Shown here one piece after another: positions 49,031-60,919 of a DNA stretch of 64,000 nucleotides (positions within the stretch are counted from its first letter, which is position 1; each line of letters starts with the position of its first letter). This stretch comes from Nautiliaceae bacterium (GTDB lineage: Bacteria > Campylobacterota > Campylobacteria > Campylobacterales > Nautiliaceae): positions 96,001-160,000 of the forward strand of contig JBDONT010000043.1 in the NCBI GenBank assembly GCA_039831155.1. Direction: 5' to 3'. The notes under the pieces were generated by a model. The model worked only from the letters and a program-made list of their open reading frames with translations. It was not told the origin of the DNA and did no database searches. The translations under genes were made by a program, and so were the position numbers.

Positions 49031-50137
49031 TTAATCCTTCATTCTTCTAAGATAAGCCGGAGCATCTAAAGAATTAGGGTCTATCTCTATTCCACCTGAA
49101 ACTTTTTTTACAAAATTTTGCATAATTTCTTCTTTTTTCTCTTCAACCGGCTTTTTTTCGTTTTTGCTTTTTTCAAATCCGGTTGCAACTATTGTGACTT
49201 TAATTTCATCCGGTGCAAGAGAATTATCGGTTGTTGTACCGAATATTATATCAGCATTCATATCTGCTTTTTCATAAATTGTATGCATACCTTCGTCGAT
49301 TTCCGCTAGAGGATAATCGTCGTGCAGTGTAAAGTGTACAAGCACACCCATTGCTCCGTCAATTGAAAGATTATCAAGCAGAGGCGATTCAATAGCTTTT
49401 TTAATAGCGTTTAATGCGGCGTTTTCACCTTTATCGCTACCCATACCCATTAAAGCCAGACCTTGGTATGACATTACTGTTTTTAGGTCGTTAAAGTCTA
49501 CGTTAATATCGTTTTCAGAGTAGCTAATTACCATATTCGAAATACCGCTTACAGCTTGATACAATACATCATCCACTAAAGCAAAAGCGGCTCTTCTTCC
49601 GGCTTTTCTATCAATAATAGTTAAGAGTTTTTCATTTGGAATAACAACTATTGAGTTTGCTTCTTTTTTAAGTTCTTCCGTTCCTTCTTCTGCCAGTCTT
49701 TGTCTTTTAGGTCCTTCAAACGGGAAAGGCTTTGTAACAACACCTACGGTTAAAGCTCCGACTTCTTGAGCGGCTTTTGCTATTACCGGAGCCGCTCCGG
49801 TACCTGTACCTCCACCCATTCCGGCAGAAATAAATACTAAATCAGCTCCGTTTAACGCTTCTTTTATCTCTTCAAAACTCTCTTCTGCAGCCTGTTTTCC
49901 GACTTCCGGTTTCATTCCGGCACCAAGTCCGTTGGTTAGTTTTGCACCTAATTGGATTTTTTTGTGTGCTTTGCTTGTTTTTAAAGCTTGAATATCAGTG
50001 TTTGCAGCTATTAGTTCTACACCTTTTATCTCTTTTGAAGCAATATGATTTATCATATTGTTTCCACCACCACCTACACCTATTACTTTTATGTTTGGTC
50101 CGTCGATTGTTTCGTTTATTTTAAATAATTCGCTCAT
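49031..50137 (-). CDS. ftsZ: Cell division protein FtsZ
   Basis: [32 protein letters not shown] tail. Confidence 0.98.
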   Translation of the reverse strand: MSELFKINETIDGPNIKVIGVGGGGNNMINHIASKEIKGVELIAANTDIQALKTSKAHKKIQLGAKLTNGLGAGMKPEVGKQAAEESFEEIKEALNGADLVFISAGMGGGTGTGAAPVIAKAAQEVGALTVGVVTKPFPFEGPKRQRLAEEGTEELKKEANSIVVIPNEKLLTIIDRKAGRRAAFALVDDVLYQAVSGISNMVISYSENDINVDFNDLKTVMSYQGLALMGMGSDKGENAALNAIKKAIESPLLDNLSIDGAMGVLVHFTLHDDYPLAEIDEGMHTIYEKADMNADIIFGTTTDNSLAPDEIKVTIVATGFEKSKNEKKPVEEKKEEIMQNFVKKVSGGIEIDPNSLDAPAYLRRMKD

Positions 50138-50147
50138 TGTTCACCCC

Positions 50148-51461
50148 TTAAAATAGATTATTTAGCCAGTTTATAAATTTTTTAATCGGATTGATGTCTT
50201 CTTTTTGTGCTATTCTTGCTAGGTCCTCCTTTTCGTTTTTTTTAGCTTCTTGTTGTACAACTATTTGAGGTTGTTGAATCTCTTCAATTGTTTCTGTGAC
50301 AAATTGTTGATTTGAGTCTTTTTCATATTTGCTGCTTTTACCGGTAGCATACATCAGTAAACCTATAACGGTTGAAAACTCCGGTTTTTGAAGGTTTTCA
50401 ACCAGTCCGTTTATAATTTTCGGTTTTCCAAGTCTTACCGGATGTCCTTCAAAAAATTGAGAGGCTATTTCTTTTACGTTATAAAAATTCGTAAACCCTC
50501 CTGTTAGTACGATACCGGCACCTATTTGAGATTCTAAACCACTTCTTTGAATTTCTTTGTTTAGAAGTAAAAACGTCTCTTCAATCCTTGCACTTATTAC
50601 TTGAGTGATTGTACTTAAAGAGGCTTTTTGTTTTTCGTTGTCGCTTCCTATTACCGATATTTCGATTAAATCTTCGCCACTTTTGATAAGTTCTTCAAAG
50701 TGGGTTTTTATATATTCGGCTTCGCTAGGTTTTGTATGTAAAGCCATTGATAAATCACTTGTAATATGATGGCTTCCTACTGCTAAGAAGTCTATATGTC
50801 TTAGGGCTTTATTTACAAATATAGCCATATCGGAAGTTGATGCACCTATGTCTATTACTGCAACGCCTAGTTCTTTTTCGTCATCGTTTAAGACCGCAAG
50901 TGCACTGGCATATCCTGCATTTACTATATTTAAAATTTCTATACCGGCTTGTTGGAAAGTTTTTTTTAGGTTTTCCATTCCGGATTTTTTAGCCAAGATT
51001 ATATGTAAAGAGACTTCAAGTCTGCTTCCCGTCATTCCTTGTGGATCGTCTATTTCCGTTAATTCGTCCACTTTAAAATTATAAGGAATCGCCTGTAATA
51101 CTAGATAATCTTGAGGTATGTCAGCATTATATAAAGCGTTTTGTATAGCTCTGTTTATCTCTTTTAGATTTATTTCGTTTTCCGGAATATTTACAACGCC
51201 GTTACTTGTGATGCTTTGGGTGTAGGCAGAAGATATCGAAACTATCGCTTTATTGATATCGATTCCTGCGATTCTTTTTGCGTGGGCTACCGATTCTTTT
51301 ATAGATTTTACGGTTTCGTCTATATTTACTATAGCTCCTTTTTTTACTCCGTTTGATTTGGAAATTCCTACTCCACTTATTGAAAGTTTTTCTTTGTCAT
51401 AGTTGGCAATAACGGCTATTGTTTTAAAACTTCCTACATCAATGGCTAATATTTGTTTCAA
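50148..51461 (-). CDS. ftsA: Cell division protein FtsA
   Basis: IDVGSFK, GVKKGAI, IDIGA, GIVLTGG, C-terminal amphipathic helix. Confidence 0.95.
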   Translation of the reverse strand: MKQILAIDVGSFKTIAVIANYDKEKLSISGVGISKSNGVKKGAIVNIDETVKSIKESVAHAKRIAGIDINKAIVSISSAYTQSITSNGVVNIPENEINLKEINRAIQNALYNADIPQDYLVLQAIPYNFKVDELTEIDDPQGMTGSRLEVSLHIILAKKSGMENLKKTFQQAGIEILNIVNAGYASALAVLNDDEKELGVAVIDIGASTSDMAIFVNKALRHIDFLAVGSHHITSDLSMALHTKPSEAEYIKTHFEELIKSGEDLIEISVIGSDNEKQKASLSTITQVISARIEETFLLLNKEIQRSGLESQIGAGIVLTGGFTNFYNVKEIASQFFEGHPVRLGKPKIINGLVENLQKPEFSTVIGLLMYATGKSSKYEKDSNQQFVTETIEEIQQPQIVVQQEAKKNEKEDLARIAQKEDINPIKKFINWLNNLF

Positions 51462-51471
51462 TTTTATTCCT

Positions 51472-52923
51472 TTATTTAAAATTCACCTGACGTACGGTTG
51501 TGATATTTAATTTTTTTGATAAATCGTTTATTAAATCATTAAATAATATGGCGTTTAAAATCTCTTCTGCTTTTTTTTCTATTTGACGTTTATATTTTTC
51601 ATATTTCTTTTTATCCAGCAATTTTTGTTCCTTAATGTTGTATAGAACTGCTTTTAGAGGTTTACCCGGTGTTTGTACTATAATATAGTCTTTTGATTTT
51701 TGAGATTCGAATTCTTTAAATAAAAACATAACGGCTTCTTGAGGAGATAATCCTTTTATTTTATTGAAATCATACTTTGTTACGAATCCTATATTTTTAC
51801 CTTTAAAATCTTTTAGCATTTCTTGAGCCGTTTTTTTAAGATTGTTTATCGATTTTTGAGCCATTAGTTCTTTAATTACGTAAGGTTTCGCTTTTTCATA
51901 AGCAAGGGGTTTTGGTTTTATTTCTTCTACCAATTTTGCACTTATATATTCATTATCGGCTATAAACGGTTTTAGGTAACCTTTGCTTATAAGAGTTAAC
52001 ATTTTATCAAGAGGAATCGTTTCGTTTTGTAAAGGCAGAGTTACTAATTCATAATTCTCTTTACCTTCTTTTAATTTTTTATACGCTAAAATCGCCGTTT
52101 TTCTGTTTTTTTGTGCAAGTACGTCAAATTTTACTTGGTTTTTTGCTTTTTCAAAAGGAAGAATTTCCCCTTTTTCGTTTTTATATTCGTTTTTGTGTTC
52201 TTTGTAGTATGTTTTTAGTTTCTCTTCGCTTACTTCACCTTTTAAAGGAGTTTTAACTATTGCTATTTTAAACATTTGAGGAGATTTGAACTTATCTTTG
52301 TTTTTTTCCCAGAAAGATTTTATTTCGTCTTCGCTTAATTCCACTTTTATGGAGTTTTGGTTTATTATTTTGATATCTAGATTGTCTGCGTTAAACAAAG
52401 CACTTGCGTTTGATATTAAAAACGTTTTTGAAGGTTTTAGGTGTAAAGAGTTTAATAATTTTTGAATTAAAAGGTCTTTTTTTAAGTTAGCTTCGAAAAT
52501 AGCCGGTTTTTCTCCTATCGATTTTAGATAGTTAAAATAGTTTTGCTTTGTTTTGAAAGTATTTAATATATATTCGGCTACTTCTTTGTCCGTTATGTAT
52601 AAGCCTATATCTTTTGCAAAGGCTCTTAAAATTCCTGCTTGTATGGCTGCTTGGAAGGCTTCTTTTTTTAGTCCCATTTTTTCTGCCGTCGCTTCATCCA
52701 GTTTGCCGTTTAGTTTTTGGTTTTCAAGGGCGAATATTTTATTGTATTCTTTTTGTACGTCCTGGATAGAAACCTCAACGTCTCCTATTTTTACCAGGGT
52801 TGAAGATTTAGAACCGAATTGAAACTGCCCCCATCCTACAAAACCTGCACCTATAAAAGCTATAGTTGCTATCCAAATAGTAATTACCATCCATTTTCTA
52901 TGTGTTTGCATCCACTCAATCAT
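51472..52923 (-). CDS. PpiD/SurA-N-like periplasmic chaperone
   Basis: MIEWMQTHRKW..ITIWIATIAFIGAGFVGWG N-terminus; lies upstream of ftsA as in Campylobacterota. Confidence 0.85.
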   Translation of the reverse strand: MIEWMQTHRKWMVITIWIATIAFIGAGFVGWGQFQFGSKSSTLVKIGDVEVSIQDVQKEYNKIFALENQKLNGKLDEATAEKMGLKKEAFQAAIQAGILRAFAKDIGLYITDKEVAEYILNTFKTKQNYFNYLKSIGEKPAIFEANLKKDLLIQKLLNSLHLKPSKTFLISNASALFNADNLDIKIINQNSIKVELSEDEIKSFWEKNKDKFKSPQMFKIAIVKTPLKGEVSEEKLKTYYKEHKNEYKNEKGEILPFEKAKNQVKFDVLAQKNRKTAILAYKKLKEGKENYELVTLPLQNETIPLDKMLTLISKGYLKPFIADNEYISAKLVEEIKPKPLAYEKAKPYVIKELMAQKSINNLKKTAQEMLKDFKGKNIGFVTKYDFNKIKGLSPQEAVMFLFKEFESQKSKDYIIVQTPGKPLKAVLYNIKEQKLLDKKKYEKYKRQIEKKAEEILNAILFNDLINDLSKKLNITTVRQVNFK

Positions 52924-53036
52924 TGTATTCCTTTTGTTACGAAAATCTACTCAATAAATGTAAACGTTAGTTTTTTATTTATTTTCATGTTTATGATATT
53001 ATAATAAAAAAAAACCTCACAATAAAGGGAATTTGG

Positions 53037-54329
53037 ATGAAAAATGCAGAAATTATGCAAAAAGATTTAAAATTTAACTGGCACCCTTGTACTCAAATGA
53101 AAGACCACGAGGTTTTACCTATTATTCCTATTAAAAAAGGTAAAGGCGTTTATCTGGAGGATTTCGAAGGCAACAGATATATAGACGCTATAAGCAGCTG
53201 GTGGGTAAATCTTTTCGGGCATTCGAACGAATATATAAATCAGAAAATAAAAGAGCAGTTAAATACCCTTGAGCACGTAATTTTTGCCGGGTTTACACAC
53301 GAAGGTGCCATAAAGCTTAGTGAAAGGCTTTGCAAGTTAACCGGGTTTGATAAAGTTTTTTATGCCGATAACGGAAGCAGTGCCGTAGAGGTCGCTATAA
53401 AAATGGCTTTTCATTATTGGAAAAACAAAGGTAAGATTAAGCCTCTTTTTTTCAGTTTGGAAAATTCGTATCACGGAGAGACGATAGGAGCTTTGAGTGT
53501 AGGAGATGTAGGGCTTTATAAAGATACTTATAAAGAGATTTTAATTAAAAACATTACAATTCCCATTCCTAAAGACCAGAGTGAAGAGGAAGCCGATGAG
53601 GCGTTGAAAAAAGCTAAAGAAATTTTTGAAAAACACCATAAGGAGGTCTCTTCTTTAATAATAGAACCTTTAATTCAGTGTGCCGGTTATATGAAAATGC
53701 ATTCTCCTTTGTTTATTAAAGGCTTAAAGAGTCTGTGTGAGGAGTTTGATATTTTGATGATAGCCGATGAAATTGCAGTGGGGTTTGGAAGAAGCGGGAG
53801 TATGTTTGCGTGCGAACAAGCCAAAATCAAACCCGATTTTATGTGTCTTAGCAAAGGGTTAACGGGAGGGTATCTGCCTCTTAGCGTGGTTCTTACTACG
53901 GATGAAGTGTATAGGGCTTTTTATTGTGATTATAAAGAGCTAAAAGCCTTTTTACACTCTCACTCTTATACGGCTAATCCTATAGGTATTGCAGCTGCAA
54001 ACGCTACTTTGGATATTTTCGAAAAAGATAACGTAATAGAAAAAAACAAGCAAAAATCAAAGTATATCTGGGAGAAAATGCAAAAATTTAAAGAGTTAAA
54101 AAACGTAAAAGAGATTCGTCAAACGGGAATGATTGGTGCCGTTGAGATGATAGATTATCCGTGGTGGGAGAGAAAGGGGCTTGAAGTTTATAAATATGGA
54201 CTTAAAAACGGGGTTTTACTAAGACCTCTAGGAAACGTTATTTACTTTATGCCTCCTTATGTGATAAATTATGAAGAGATAGATAAAATGATAGAAGTAG
54301 CCTTTGATGGAATTAAGAGGTTAAAATGA
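53037..54329 (+). CDS. bioA: Adenosylmethionine-8-amino-7-oxononanoate aminotransferase
   Basis: WHPCTQM, DAISSWW, GSSAVEVAIK, YHGET, DEIAVGFGR, SKGLTGG, HSHSY. Confidence 0.95.
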   Translation: MKNAEIMQKDLKFNWHPCTQMKDHEVLPIIPIKKGKGVYLEDFEGNRYIDAISSWWVNLFGHSNEYINQKIKEQLNTLEHVIFAGFTHEGAIKLSERLCKLTGFDKVFYADNGSSAVEVAIKMAFHYWKNKGKIKPLFFSLENSYHGETIGALSVGDVGLYKDTYKEILIKNITIPIPKDQSEEEADEALKKAKEIFEKHHKEVSSLIIEPLIQCAGYMKMHSPLFIKGLKSLCEEFDILMIADEIAVGFGRSGSMFACEQAKIKPDFMCLSKGLTGGYLPLSVVLTTDEVYRAFYCDYKELKAFLHSHSYTANPIGIAAANATLDIFEKDNVIEKNKQKSKYIWEKMQKFKELKNVKEIRQTGMIGAVEMIDYPWWERKGLEVYKYGLKNGVLLRPLGNVIYFMPPYVINYEEIDKMIEVAFDGIKRLK

Positions 54330-55831
54330 AAGAAGCTATAAAAAATTCCCTTTTAAATCCCATAAAACATTTTAAACTTAGACATCTGCCTCTTTTAATG
54401 ATTTATTTTGCTTATGGGGCGAGTGGAATTAGTGGGGTTGCCACTACATTTTGGGTAAAAGAGGAGCTTAATTTATCGGCGACCGCTTTAATTAGCTTGG
54501 GCGTTTGGCTTAGTATTCCATGGACTATAAAGATGGTTTTTGGGCAGCTTGTGGATAGTGTGGTGATTTTCGGGTCTCAAAGAAGAGTTTATGTTTATAT
54601 AGGTGCTTCTTTGATTGCTCTTGGGACTGTTTTATTAATAGGGCTTGCCGGGGATTATAAGTGGATAAAATTTACTTCCAAAGAAAATGTGTATATTATT
54701 TCTTCTTTTTTAACGGTTATAGGGTTTGTACTTCAAGATGTCGTGGCAGATACTATGAGTACGGAGGTTGTGGATAGGAATCAGCCTAAGGAAAAAGTGG
54801 AAGAGGAGTTGGCTTACGTTCAGATTTTGGGGCGTTTGGCTATTTCTCTTGCCGGGGTGATGGTCGCCGGACTTAGTGGATGGCTTGCTCAAATATATTC
54901 CTATGAAACGGTTTTTAAAATTTCTCTTATAGTGCCTTTAATTTCCATTATAGGTGTTAGTATAGTAAAACTTGATGTTGCGAAACCGAGTCCTATTAAT
55001 TGTAAAATTTTGTGTGGAGGACTTGTTTTTGCCGTTTTTGTTGTTTTTATGGGATATGCAGAGTATCAGCATTGGGATAATAGAGTGTTAAATTTTATAT
55101 TTAAACATTCCCAAGAGGTTGTATTGGTTGTTAGTTTGGGCGTTATAGTTTATATGTTAGGTTTGATTTTAAAAGATGTAAAAGAGAGTGTAAGAAAGTT
55201 TATTATAAAAACTGCCGTTATTATATTTGTGTATAGGGCTATGCCTAGCGTAGGTCCCGGGCTTCAGTGGTGGGAGATAGACGTTTTGCATTTTGACAAA
55301 GCTTTTTTCGGGACTTTGTCTCAAATAGGGGCTATACTATCTATTCTTGGAATGTGGCTTTTTAGTGATTTTATCGCTAAAAAACCGGCTCATTATACGT
55401 TGATTTGGTTAAGTGTTATTACCACTATACTCTTTTTACCGATTATAGGGCTTTATTACAATATTCCTCAAAGTTTTGGAATAGACCCTAAAACGGTTGC
55501 TATTATAGATACGGCACTTGAATCGCCTTTTGCCCAGCTTAGTATGATACCTCTTTTAACTCTTATTGCAATTTACGCACCCGAGGGTAAGAGGGCTACC
55601 TGGTTTGCTTTGATGGCAAGTTTGATGAATCTTGCCTTAACGGCAGGGGGAGTCTTTACCAAATATTTAAATGAAATTTTTGTCGTAAGCAGAGAAGTTG
55701 TGCAAAACGGTAACATCTTATCTCACCAGGACTATTCTCAACTTGGGATTTTGATGATTGTTGTTACAATTTTAAATGTAACGATACCAATCGTAACAAT
55801 TTTTTATCTGATGATAAGAAATAAAAATTGA
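54326..55831 (+). CDS. MFS transporter, BT1 (folate/biopterin)-like
   Basis: About 12 TMs, PWTIKMVFG..VD...IFG..RR.Y, DVVAD, APEG..AT.FALMAS..N. Confidence 0.75.
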   Translation: MKEAIKNSLLNPIKHFKLRHLPLLMIYFAYGASGISGVATTFWVKEELNLSATALISLGVWLSIPWTIKMVFGQLVDSVVIFGSQRRVYVYIGASLIALGTVLLIGLAGDYKWIKFTSKENVYIISSFLTVIGFVLQDVVADTMSTEVVDRNQPKEKVEEELAYVQILGRLAISLAGVMVAGLSGWLAQIYSYETVFKISLIVPLISIIGVSIVKLDVAKPSPINCKILCGGLVFAVFVVFMGYAEYQHWDNRVLNFIFKHSQEVVLVVSLGVIVYMLGLILKDVKESVRKFIIKTAVIIFVYRAMPSVGPGLQWWEIDVLHFDKAFFGTLSQIGAILSILGMWLFSDFIAKKPAHYTLIWLSVITTILFLPIIGLYYNIPQSFGIDPKTVAIIDTALESPFAQLSMIPLLTLIAIYAPEGKRATWFALMASLMNLALTAGGVFTKYLNEIFVVSREVVQNGNILSHQDYSQLGILMIVVTILNVTIPIVTIFYLMIRNKN

Positions 55832-55888
55832 CTTAAAACCGGCTATTAGCTATAATACTAAAAAAACTTGAGTAAAGGAGTGTAAAGT

Positions 55889-56767
55889 ATGGCGTTTGTA
55901 ATGCTTATTTTAATGAACTTAGCCGTAATGGCTTCTATTTATTTGACTATATTTTTGGTTGAGACGTTTTTTCACATCAGACTTGACGGAGGGACTATTA
56001 ACGGACTTTTGATTTTATCTTTAATTGTAGGGTTTAGTGGTAGTTTAATTTCTCTGTTTATGTCTAAGTGGCTTGCGAAAATGAGTGCAGGGGTTAGAGT
56101 AATAGAAACTCCTAGCAGTGAGGCAGAGGTTTGGCTTGTGGAGACGGTGGCGAAACTTGCAAAAGAAGCAGGTATCGGAATGCCGGAAGTCGGGATTTTT
56201 GACGGACCTCCGAATGCTTTTGCTACGGGATGGAATAAAAACAACGCTTTGGTTGCAGTGTCTATCAGTTTATTTGATTTAATGGATACAAAAGAGATTG
56301 AAGGTGTTTTAGCACACGAAATCAGTCATATAAAACACGGAGATATGGTTACTATGACGCTTGTTCAGGGTGTGCTTAACTCAATTGTATTTTTCATATC
56401 AAGACTTATAGCAAATATCGTAGCACCAAAAGATGAAGAAGGTAATCCAAACCCTTTTGCGTATATGGCTATTAGTTTCGCACTTGAAATGGCTTTAAGT
56501 ATTTTTGCGACAATGATAGCTATGTGGTATAGCAGATACAGAGAATATAAAGCCGATGAAGGTGCTGTTAGACTAGACGGACCGGAGGGGATTTATTACG
56601 CTCTTGCAAAACTCGGAAACATCCCGAAAGAACAAGTAGCACTTCCGGCAGAAATGAAAGCGTTTGGGATTGTAGGATTTTTAGATTTATTCAGCTCTCA
56701 CCCTCCTATTGAAAAAAGACTTGAGCATATTAAAGAAGTGGCAAGAAAAATGGGTTATAATGTTTAA
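55889..56767 (+). CDS. htpX: Zinc metalloprotease HtpX
   Basis: PNAFATG, AHEISH, GDMVTM, SRYREY.AD, SHPP. Confidence 0.95.
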   Translation: MAFVMLILMNLAVMASIYLTIFLVETFFHIRLDGGTINGLLILSLIVGFSGSLISLFMSKWLAKMSAGVRVIETPSSEAEVWLVETVAKLAKEAGIGMPEVGIFDGPPNAFATGWNKNNALVAVSISLFDLMDTKEIEGVLAHEISHIKHGDMVTMTLVQGVLNSIVFFISRLIANIVAPKDEEGNPNPFAYMAISFALEMALSIFATMIAMWYSRYREYKADEGAVRLDGPEGIYYALAKLGNIPKEQVALPAEMKAFGIVGFLDLFSSHPPIEKRLEHIKEVARKMGYNV

Positions 56768-57515
56768 CGAAATAAAAGAGATTATCTTAAAAGCCGGGAA
56801 GATATTTAAAGAGGGGTTTTACTCCTCTAAGGATATTACCCTAAAAGGTAAAAAAGATTTAGTAACGGAATATGACGTAAAAGTTGAAGAGTTTTTAAAA
56901 GAGAGTTTTTCTAAGTTTGATTATTCCATTATTGCAGAAGAGTCGGTTAAGGATGAATTTAACAATTCTATCATAATAGACCCGATTGACGGGACTACCA
57001 ATTTCGCTCATCAGGTTCCTCACTGTGCTATAAGTGTCGGGATTTATGAAGAGAAAAAACCTAAATACGCTTTTGTTTACAATCCGATTTTGGAAGAGTT
57101 TTTTTATGCAATTAGAGGTGAGGGTGCTTTTTTAAACGAAGAGAAGATAAAAGTGAGTGGAGGAGATTACTTTCAAAGGGCTTTAATCGCTACCGGGTTT
57201 CCTTATTCAAGTGCCGAAAATAAAGAAGACTTGGAAATAGTTATAAATAGACTTCATAATATACTTCCGGCTTGTCAGGATATTAGAAGATTAGGGAGTG
57301 CCGCACTTGATTTATGCTATGTAGCAAGTGGGAGATTTGAAGGGTTTTATGAGATTAATCTAAAGCCTTGGGACGTTAGTGCCGGAATTTTAATAGTTGA
57401 AGAAGCCGGAGGGGCTGTTAGTAATGAGTTTGGGAAAGAATATGATATGTTTAAAGATAAATGTATCGTTGCAAGTAACGGAAAAATCCATAAAGAGTTT
57501 TTAAGTTATCTTTGA
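56760..57515 (+). CDS. Inositol monophosphatase family protein (SuhB-like)
   Basis: DLVTEYD, IDPIDGTTNF, RRLGSAALDL, WDVSAG; the ATG at 56760 overlaps the htpX end. Confidence 0.92.
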   Translation: MFNEIKEIILKAGKIFKEGFYSSKDITLKGKKDLVTEYDVKVEEFLKESFSKFDYSIIAEESVKDEFNNSIIIDPIDGTTNFAHQVPHCAISVGIYEEKKPKYAFVYNPILEEFFYAIRGEGAFLNEEKIKVSGGDYFQRALIATGFPYSSAENKEDLEIVINRLHNILPACQDIRRLGSAALDLCYVASGRFEGFYEINLKPWDVSAGILIVEEAGGAVSNEFGKEYDMFKDKCIVASNGKIHKEFLSYL

Positions 57516-58006
57516 TAGATTATATCCACGTCATCCGGGAATTTAGGAGTAAAAATTTCCGGGTTTATTTTTTCGGTTGAAACATCTTTGAAATTAATTA
57601 CCACTTTATTACCTATATCATCCGTATACCACGCTTTTTTTAAGGTTTTATCGTATATGAAATGGATTGTTTTATTATCTATTTTCGCTATGTAGCCTTT
57701 TTCGGTTTTTTTTGCTTTTTTTATCGCTTCAAAAAGATTTAGTTTTGGTTTTTTAGATATTGTAACTTGTAAGAGGTCCGATTCGTATACGTAGACTTTG
57801 TCGTTTATCCATATCTCTTTTGTATTGGGGTAGGTATATTTCCAAAAAACTTGCTTTGAATTAGTATAGATTTCGCCTTTGTAGGTTAGTGTTTTTTTAT
57901 CCGAGTAGATTTTTTGAATGAATTTTGCGTGGAAATAGTGGGGCAAATTTAAAGCGTGCAGGTTTATTACCATAAGTAGGAGAATTTTTAGCTTTAGGTT
58001 TTTCAT
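57506..58006 (-). CDS. lolA: Outer-membrane lipoprotein chaperone LolA
   Basis: Signal peptide, F.Q....Y.G, WKYTYP, LLQVT; divergent from secA. Confidence 0.85.
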   Translation of the reverse strand: MKNLKLKILLLMVINLHALNLPHYFHAKFIQKIYSDKKTLTYKGEIYTNSKQVFWKYTYPNTKEIWINDKVYVYESDLLQVTISKKPKLNLFEAIKKAKKTEKGYIAKIDNKTIHFIYDKTLKKAWYTDDIGNKVVINFKDVSTEKINPEIFTPKFPDDVDIIYQR

Positions 58007-58067
58007 TTAACATTCCTCTTAGTGAATTTATGTTATTATAACAAAAAACTTTGCAAAGGCTTTTTGT

Positions 58068-60713
58068 ATGGTAAGAAAAATATTTAGAAAAATATTCGGG
58101 ACGAAAAATGACAGAGAATTGAAAAGATATTTTGCTAGAGTAAAAGAGATTAACGAATTAGAACCGAAATATGAAAAATTGAGTGATGAAGAATTAAAAG
58201 GGGAGTTTAATAAAATCAAATCTAAAATTTTAGAAGAGATACAAAAAGAAGACTCTCAAACCATTTTAAATAAATATTTAAACGATGTATTCGCAATGAC
58301 AAGAGAAGCTTCCAAAAGAGTGCTGGGTATGAGGCACTATGACGTTCAGTTGGTAGGTGGTATGGTTTTGCACGAAGGTAAAATCGCAGAGATGAAAACG
58401 GGAGAAGGTAAAACGCTTGTTGCGACTTTACCGGTGGTTTTGAATGCGATTTTAGGAAAAGGGGTTCACGTAGTTACGGTAAATGACTATCTTGCCCAAA
58501 GAGACGCAAATGAAATGGGAAAACTTTATGAATTTTTCGGGCTTACTACCGGGGTTGTGATAAACGGTATGGAAGATTATGAAAGAAAACAGGCTTATGC
58601 TTGTGACGTAACGTACGGGACGAATTCGGAATTTGGGTTTGATTATCTTAGAGACAATATGGTGTTTGATATAAACGATAAGGTCCAAAGAGGGCATTAT
58701 TATGCTATTGTGGATGAGGTTGACAGTATTTTAATCGATGAAGCCAGAACTCCTCTTATTATATCAGGACCGGCGAATAAAAGAGTGGAAGATTACGTAA
58801 AAGCCGATAAAGTAGCAAAACAGCTTGTAAAAGATAAACATTTTACGGTAGATGAAAAAGACAAAGTTGTGCTTTTAACGGAAGAGGGTATAAAAGAGGC
58901 TGAAAGGCTTTTTGAGGTGGATAACCTTTATACTCCGGAAAATGCAGTATTGGCTCATCACTTGGACCAGGCTTTAAAGGCTAATTATCTGTTTCAAGAA
59001 GGTAAAGATTATATAGTGAGAAAAGGTGAAGTTTTAATTGTAGACGAGTTTACCGGAAGAATTGCAGAAGGGAGACGTTTTAGCGAGGGGCTTCATCAGG
59101 CATTGGAAGCGAAAGAGGGAGTGGAGATTCAAGAAGAGTCTCAAACTTTTGCCGAAACCACTTATCAAAACTATTTTAGATTGTATGAAAAATTAGCCGG
59201 TATGACGGGTACTGCCCAAACCGAAGCTACCGAATTTATAGAAATTTACGGACTTGAGGTTATATCTATTCCTACAAACAAACCGGTAGCCAGAATCGAT
59301 AAAAACGACCTTGTTTATAAAACGGAAGAAGAGAAATTTGAAGCGGTTGTAAAAAAAGTAAAAGAGCTTCATAAAAAAGGTCAACCGGTATTAATAGGAA
59401 CTACTAGCGTTGAAAAGAGTGAATATGTAAGCAGACTTTTAAAACAAGAAAAAATCCCTCATACCGTTTTAAACGCTAAAAATCACGAAAAAGAGGCTCA
59501 AATAATTGCAGAAGCCGGGAAAAAGGGAGCCGTAACGGTTGCTACCAATATGGCAGGTCGTGGGGTTGATATTAAAATAGACGATGAGGTAAGAGAACTT
59601 GGAGGACTTTATATTATAGGTACCGAAAGACACGAAAGCAGAAGGATAGACAATCAGCTAAGAGGACGTTCGGGGCGTCAGGGAGACCCGGGAGAGAGTC
59701 AGTTTTATTTATCGCTTGAAGATGATTTATTAAGAATCTTCGGAAGCGACAGAATCAAGACAATTATGGATAAGCTTGGTATCGAAAGAGGGGAGCATAT
59801 TGACTCTAAAATCGTTAGCCGTGCTATAGAAAACGCTCAAAAGAAAGTTGAGAGTATGCATTTTGAAGCAAGAAAGCATATCTTAAAATACGACGACGTT
59901 GCAAACGAACAAAGAAAAGTGGTATACGCTTTTCGTAATCAAATCTTAGACCTGAGTTATGATATTAATTCTAAAATAGATGAGATGAGAGAGGATTTTG
60001 TGGAATATATTCTGGCAGAATCGGATATCTATCCTCATTCATTGGAAGAGGATTTTGATTTGGATAATCTGATAGCTCATTTAAAAGAGTATACCGGTAT
60101 AGAGTTTAGTAAAGAGGAACTTAAAAATAAAGATTATGAGAGTTTAAAAGAGTATCTGATTAAGAGATTAAAAGAAGAATATGAGAAAAAATTTGAAGAA
60201 GCTTCACCGGAAGATAAAGAAAGGATTCAAAGACAGCTTATCTTACAAATACTTGATGAGTCGTGGAGAGACCATTTATATATGATGGATATCTTAAAAA
60301 CGGGAATAGGACTTAGAGGTTATAACCAAAAAGACCCTCTTGTGGAATACAAAAAAGAGAGCTTTAATCTTTTCCAAGAATTGATTGAAAGAATTAAAAT
60401 AGAAAGTATGAAAGTTTTACATAATCTTCAAATCGAATATAAAATCCCGGAACTTGACGAAGATATGAACGAGTTTTTAAAGGCGTTAGAGGGGAAACAT
60501 ATAGATGAAATTATGCAAAATATGCCGCAAATCCCTAAAGAAATGGAAAATAAAAGCGTAGATGAGATTATGCAAGAGCTTGAAGCCCAAACGGAAATGT
60601 TAAAAGCCGAATTTGAAGCCAAACAGAGAAAAAAAGTAAAAAGAAACGAGCCTTGTCCTTGCGGCAGTGGTAAAAAATATAAAGACTGCTGCGGGAAAAG
60701 CCCTAAATTTTAA
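58068..60713 (+). CDS. secA: Preprotein translocase ATPase SecA
   Basis: [64 protein letters not shown]. Confidence 0.98.
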   Translation: MVRKIFRKIFGTKNDRELKRYFARVKEINELEPKYEKLSDEELKGEFNKIKSKILEEIQKEDSQTILNKYLNDVFAMTREASKRVLGMRHYDVQLVGGMVLHEGKIAEMKTGEGKTLVATLPVVLNAILGKGVHVVTVNDYLAQRDANEMGKLYEFFGLTTGVVINGMEDYERKQAYACDVTYGTNSEFGFDYLRDNMVFDINDKVQRGHYYAIVDEVDSILIDEARTPLIISGPANKRVEDYVKADKVAKQLVKDKHFTVDEKDKVVLLTEEGIKEAERLFEVDNLYTPENAVLAHHLDQALKANYLFQEGKDYIVRKGEVLIVDEFTGRIAEGRRFSEGLHQALEAKEGVEIQEESQTFAETTYQNYFRLYEKLAGMTGTAQTEATEFIEIYGLEVISIPTNKPVARIDKNDLVYKTEEEKFEAVVKKVKELHKKGQPVLIGTTSVEKSEYVSRLLKQEKIPHTVLNAKNHEKEAQIIAEAGKKGAVTVATNMAGRGVDIKIDDEVRELGGLYIIGTERHESRRIDNQLRGRSGRQGDPGESQFYLSLEDDLLRIFGSDRIKTIMDKLGIERGEHIDSKIVSRAIENAQKKVESMHFEARKHILKYDDVANEQRKVVYAFRNQILDLSYDINSKIDEMREDFVEYILAESDIYPHSLEEDFDLDNLIAHLKEYTGIEFSKEELKNKDYESLKEYLIKRLKEEYEKKFEEASPEDKERIQRQLILQILDESWRDHLYMMDILKTGIGLRGYNQKDPLVEYKKESFNLFQELIERIKIESMKVLHNLQIEYKIPELDEDMNEFLKALEGKHIDEIMQNMPQIPKEMENKSVDEIMQELEAQTEMLKAEFEAKQRKKVKRNEPCPCGSGKKYKDCCGKSPKF

Positions 60714-60919
60714 GGTAAATAATGTTTATTTGTAATGAGGAAGGTAAAACTTTAAATCAACGTTTTAAGGAGGTTTTACTTTTAGTCTCTCAATATGGAT
60801 ATGCTGGAGAGGTTTTTTTTGAAAACTTTTAAAAGAATCGAAAAAAGAAGGGATTGGTTTTATAGAAACTGAAACGTAAAAAATCTAAAGTTTGATATAA
60901 CTATTAAAAAAGGTCTAAA

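Noticed and set aside
56709-56759. Upstream TTG start for the inositol monophosphatase
   Set aside because: It overlaps htpX by about 60 nt; the ATG at 56760 fits the family N-terminus.
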